DNA of 64,000 nucleotides from Thermoanaerobaculia bacterium (lineage in GTDB: Bacteria; Acidobacteriota; Thermoanaerobaculia; UBA5066), in NCBI GenBank assembly GCA_963719225.1, contig CAVRAY010000001.1:2752001-2816000 (forward strand), in the 5' to 3' direction. Of this stretch, positions 63,642 to 64,000 are shown piece after piece. The notes under the pieces were generated by a model. It did no database searches. It saw only the letters and a program-made list of their open reading frames with translations, and was not told where the DNA came from. A program made the position numbers and the translations under genes. Numbering within the stretch: the stretch's first letter is position 1; every line of letters begins with the position of its first letter.

Positions 63642-64000
63642 ATGGCGGAAGGGCCCCCCAGCCGTGACTTCATCGGCCCATACATCGGATGCGGCCTGCA
63701 TTCCTCGGCGGGCGCGCGCAAGGAGAAAGCGCGCGTGCGCGCGTTCGAGCGGCCGCCCGTTCCTCCGAAGCGCGCGAGACCGTATGCCGAGCTGCGCGTC
63801 GCCTCGGCGTTCTCGTTTCTGAACGGCTCGTCGCTGCCGGAGGATCTCGTCGTGCGAGCGGCGGCGCTCGACCTCCCCGCGATGGCACTCGTGGACACGA
63901 ACGGCCTCTCCGGCGCCCCGCGCTTCTGGAAGGCGGCGAAAGCGGCGGGAGTGAAAGCGCTGGTTGGAGCGGAGGTCGTCATCGCGCCGCACCCGGCTCT
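63642..64000 (+). CDS. dnaE2: Error-prone DNA polymerase DnaE2 (ImuC), 5' part only
   Basis: Manual translation gives YAELRVASAFSFLNGSSLPEDLV...MALVDTNGLSGAPRF...ALVGAEV (PHP domain); downstream of imuAB. Confidence 0.88.
   Translation, partial: MAEGPPSRDFIGPYIGCGLHSSAGARKEKARVRAFERPPVPPKRARPYAELRVASAFSFLNGSSLPEDLVVRAAALDLPAMALVDTNGLSGAPRFWKAAKAAGVKALVGAEVVIAPHPA

Overview
High-GC bacterial chromosomal window with about 58 CDS. Gene content (TamA/TamB, DUF748, NtrX-like regulator, long-form GreA, tRNA-Sec) and the style of the secreted proteins suggest a diderm, possibly Acidobacteriota/Thermoanaerobaculia-like (inference). Main blocks: ribBA; tlyA-nadK-tamB-tamA; a lower-GC S8 peptidase islet between tlyA and dxs; three GT-C-like membrane proteins; pyrE, cysK and selC; an 8-kb DUF4331-TPR-metal ABC-ECF sigma/cupin operon; a DprE1/DprE2-like pair; PBP1B; cdo/yeiH/fdhD; long GreA; and an imuA-imuB-dnaE2 mutasome. 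No CRISPR array, rRNA, integrase or transposase was seen. The strongest unexplained signal is a family of AT-rich dyad patches. Six are centred on a convergent pair of the motif TTTTCTTNGAA(A)GGTGAA about 47-81 bp apart, with AG-rich sequence on the left and CT-rich sequence on the right; a seventh shows the same switch with one weak copy. They recur every 4-17 kb and overwrite protein sequence where they fall in genes. Also notable: an 18-bp direct-repeat operator shared by the imuA and dnaE2 promoters (candidate new SOS box), frequent leaderless promoters and three apparent CTG starts. Family assignments come from recognised motifs, not database searches.
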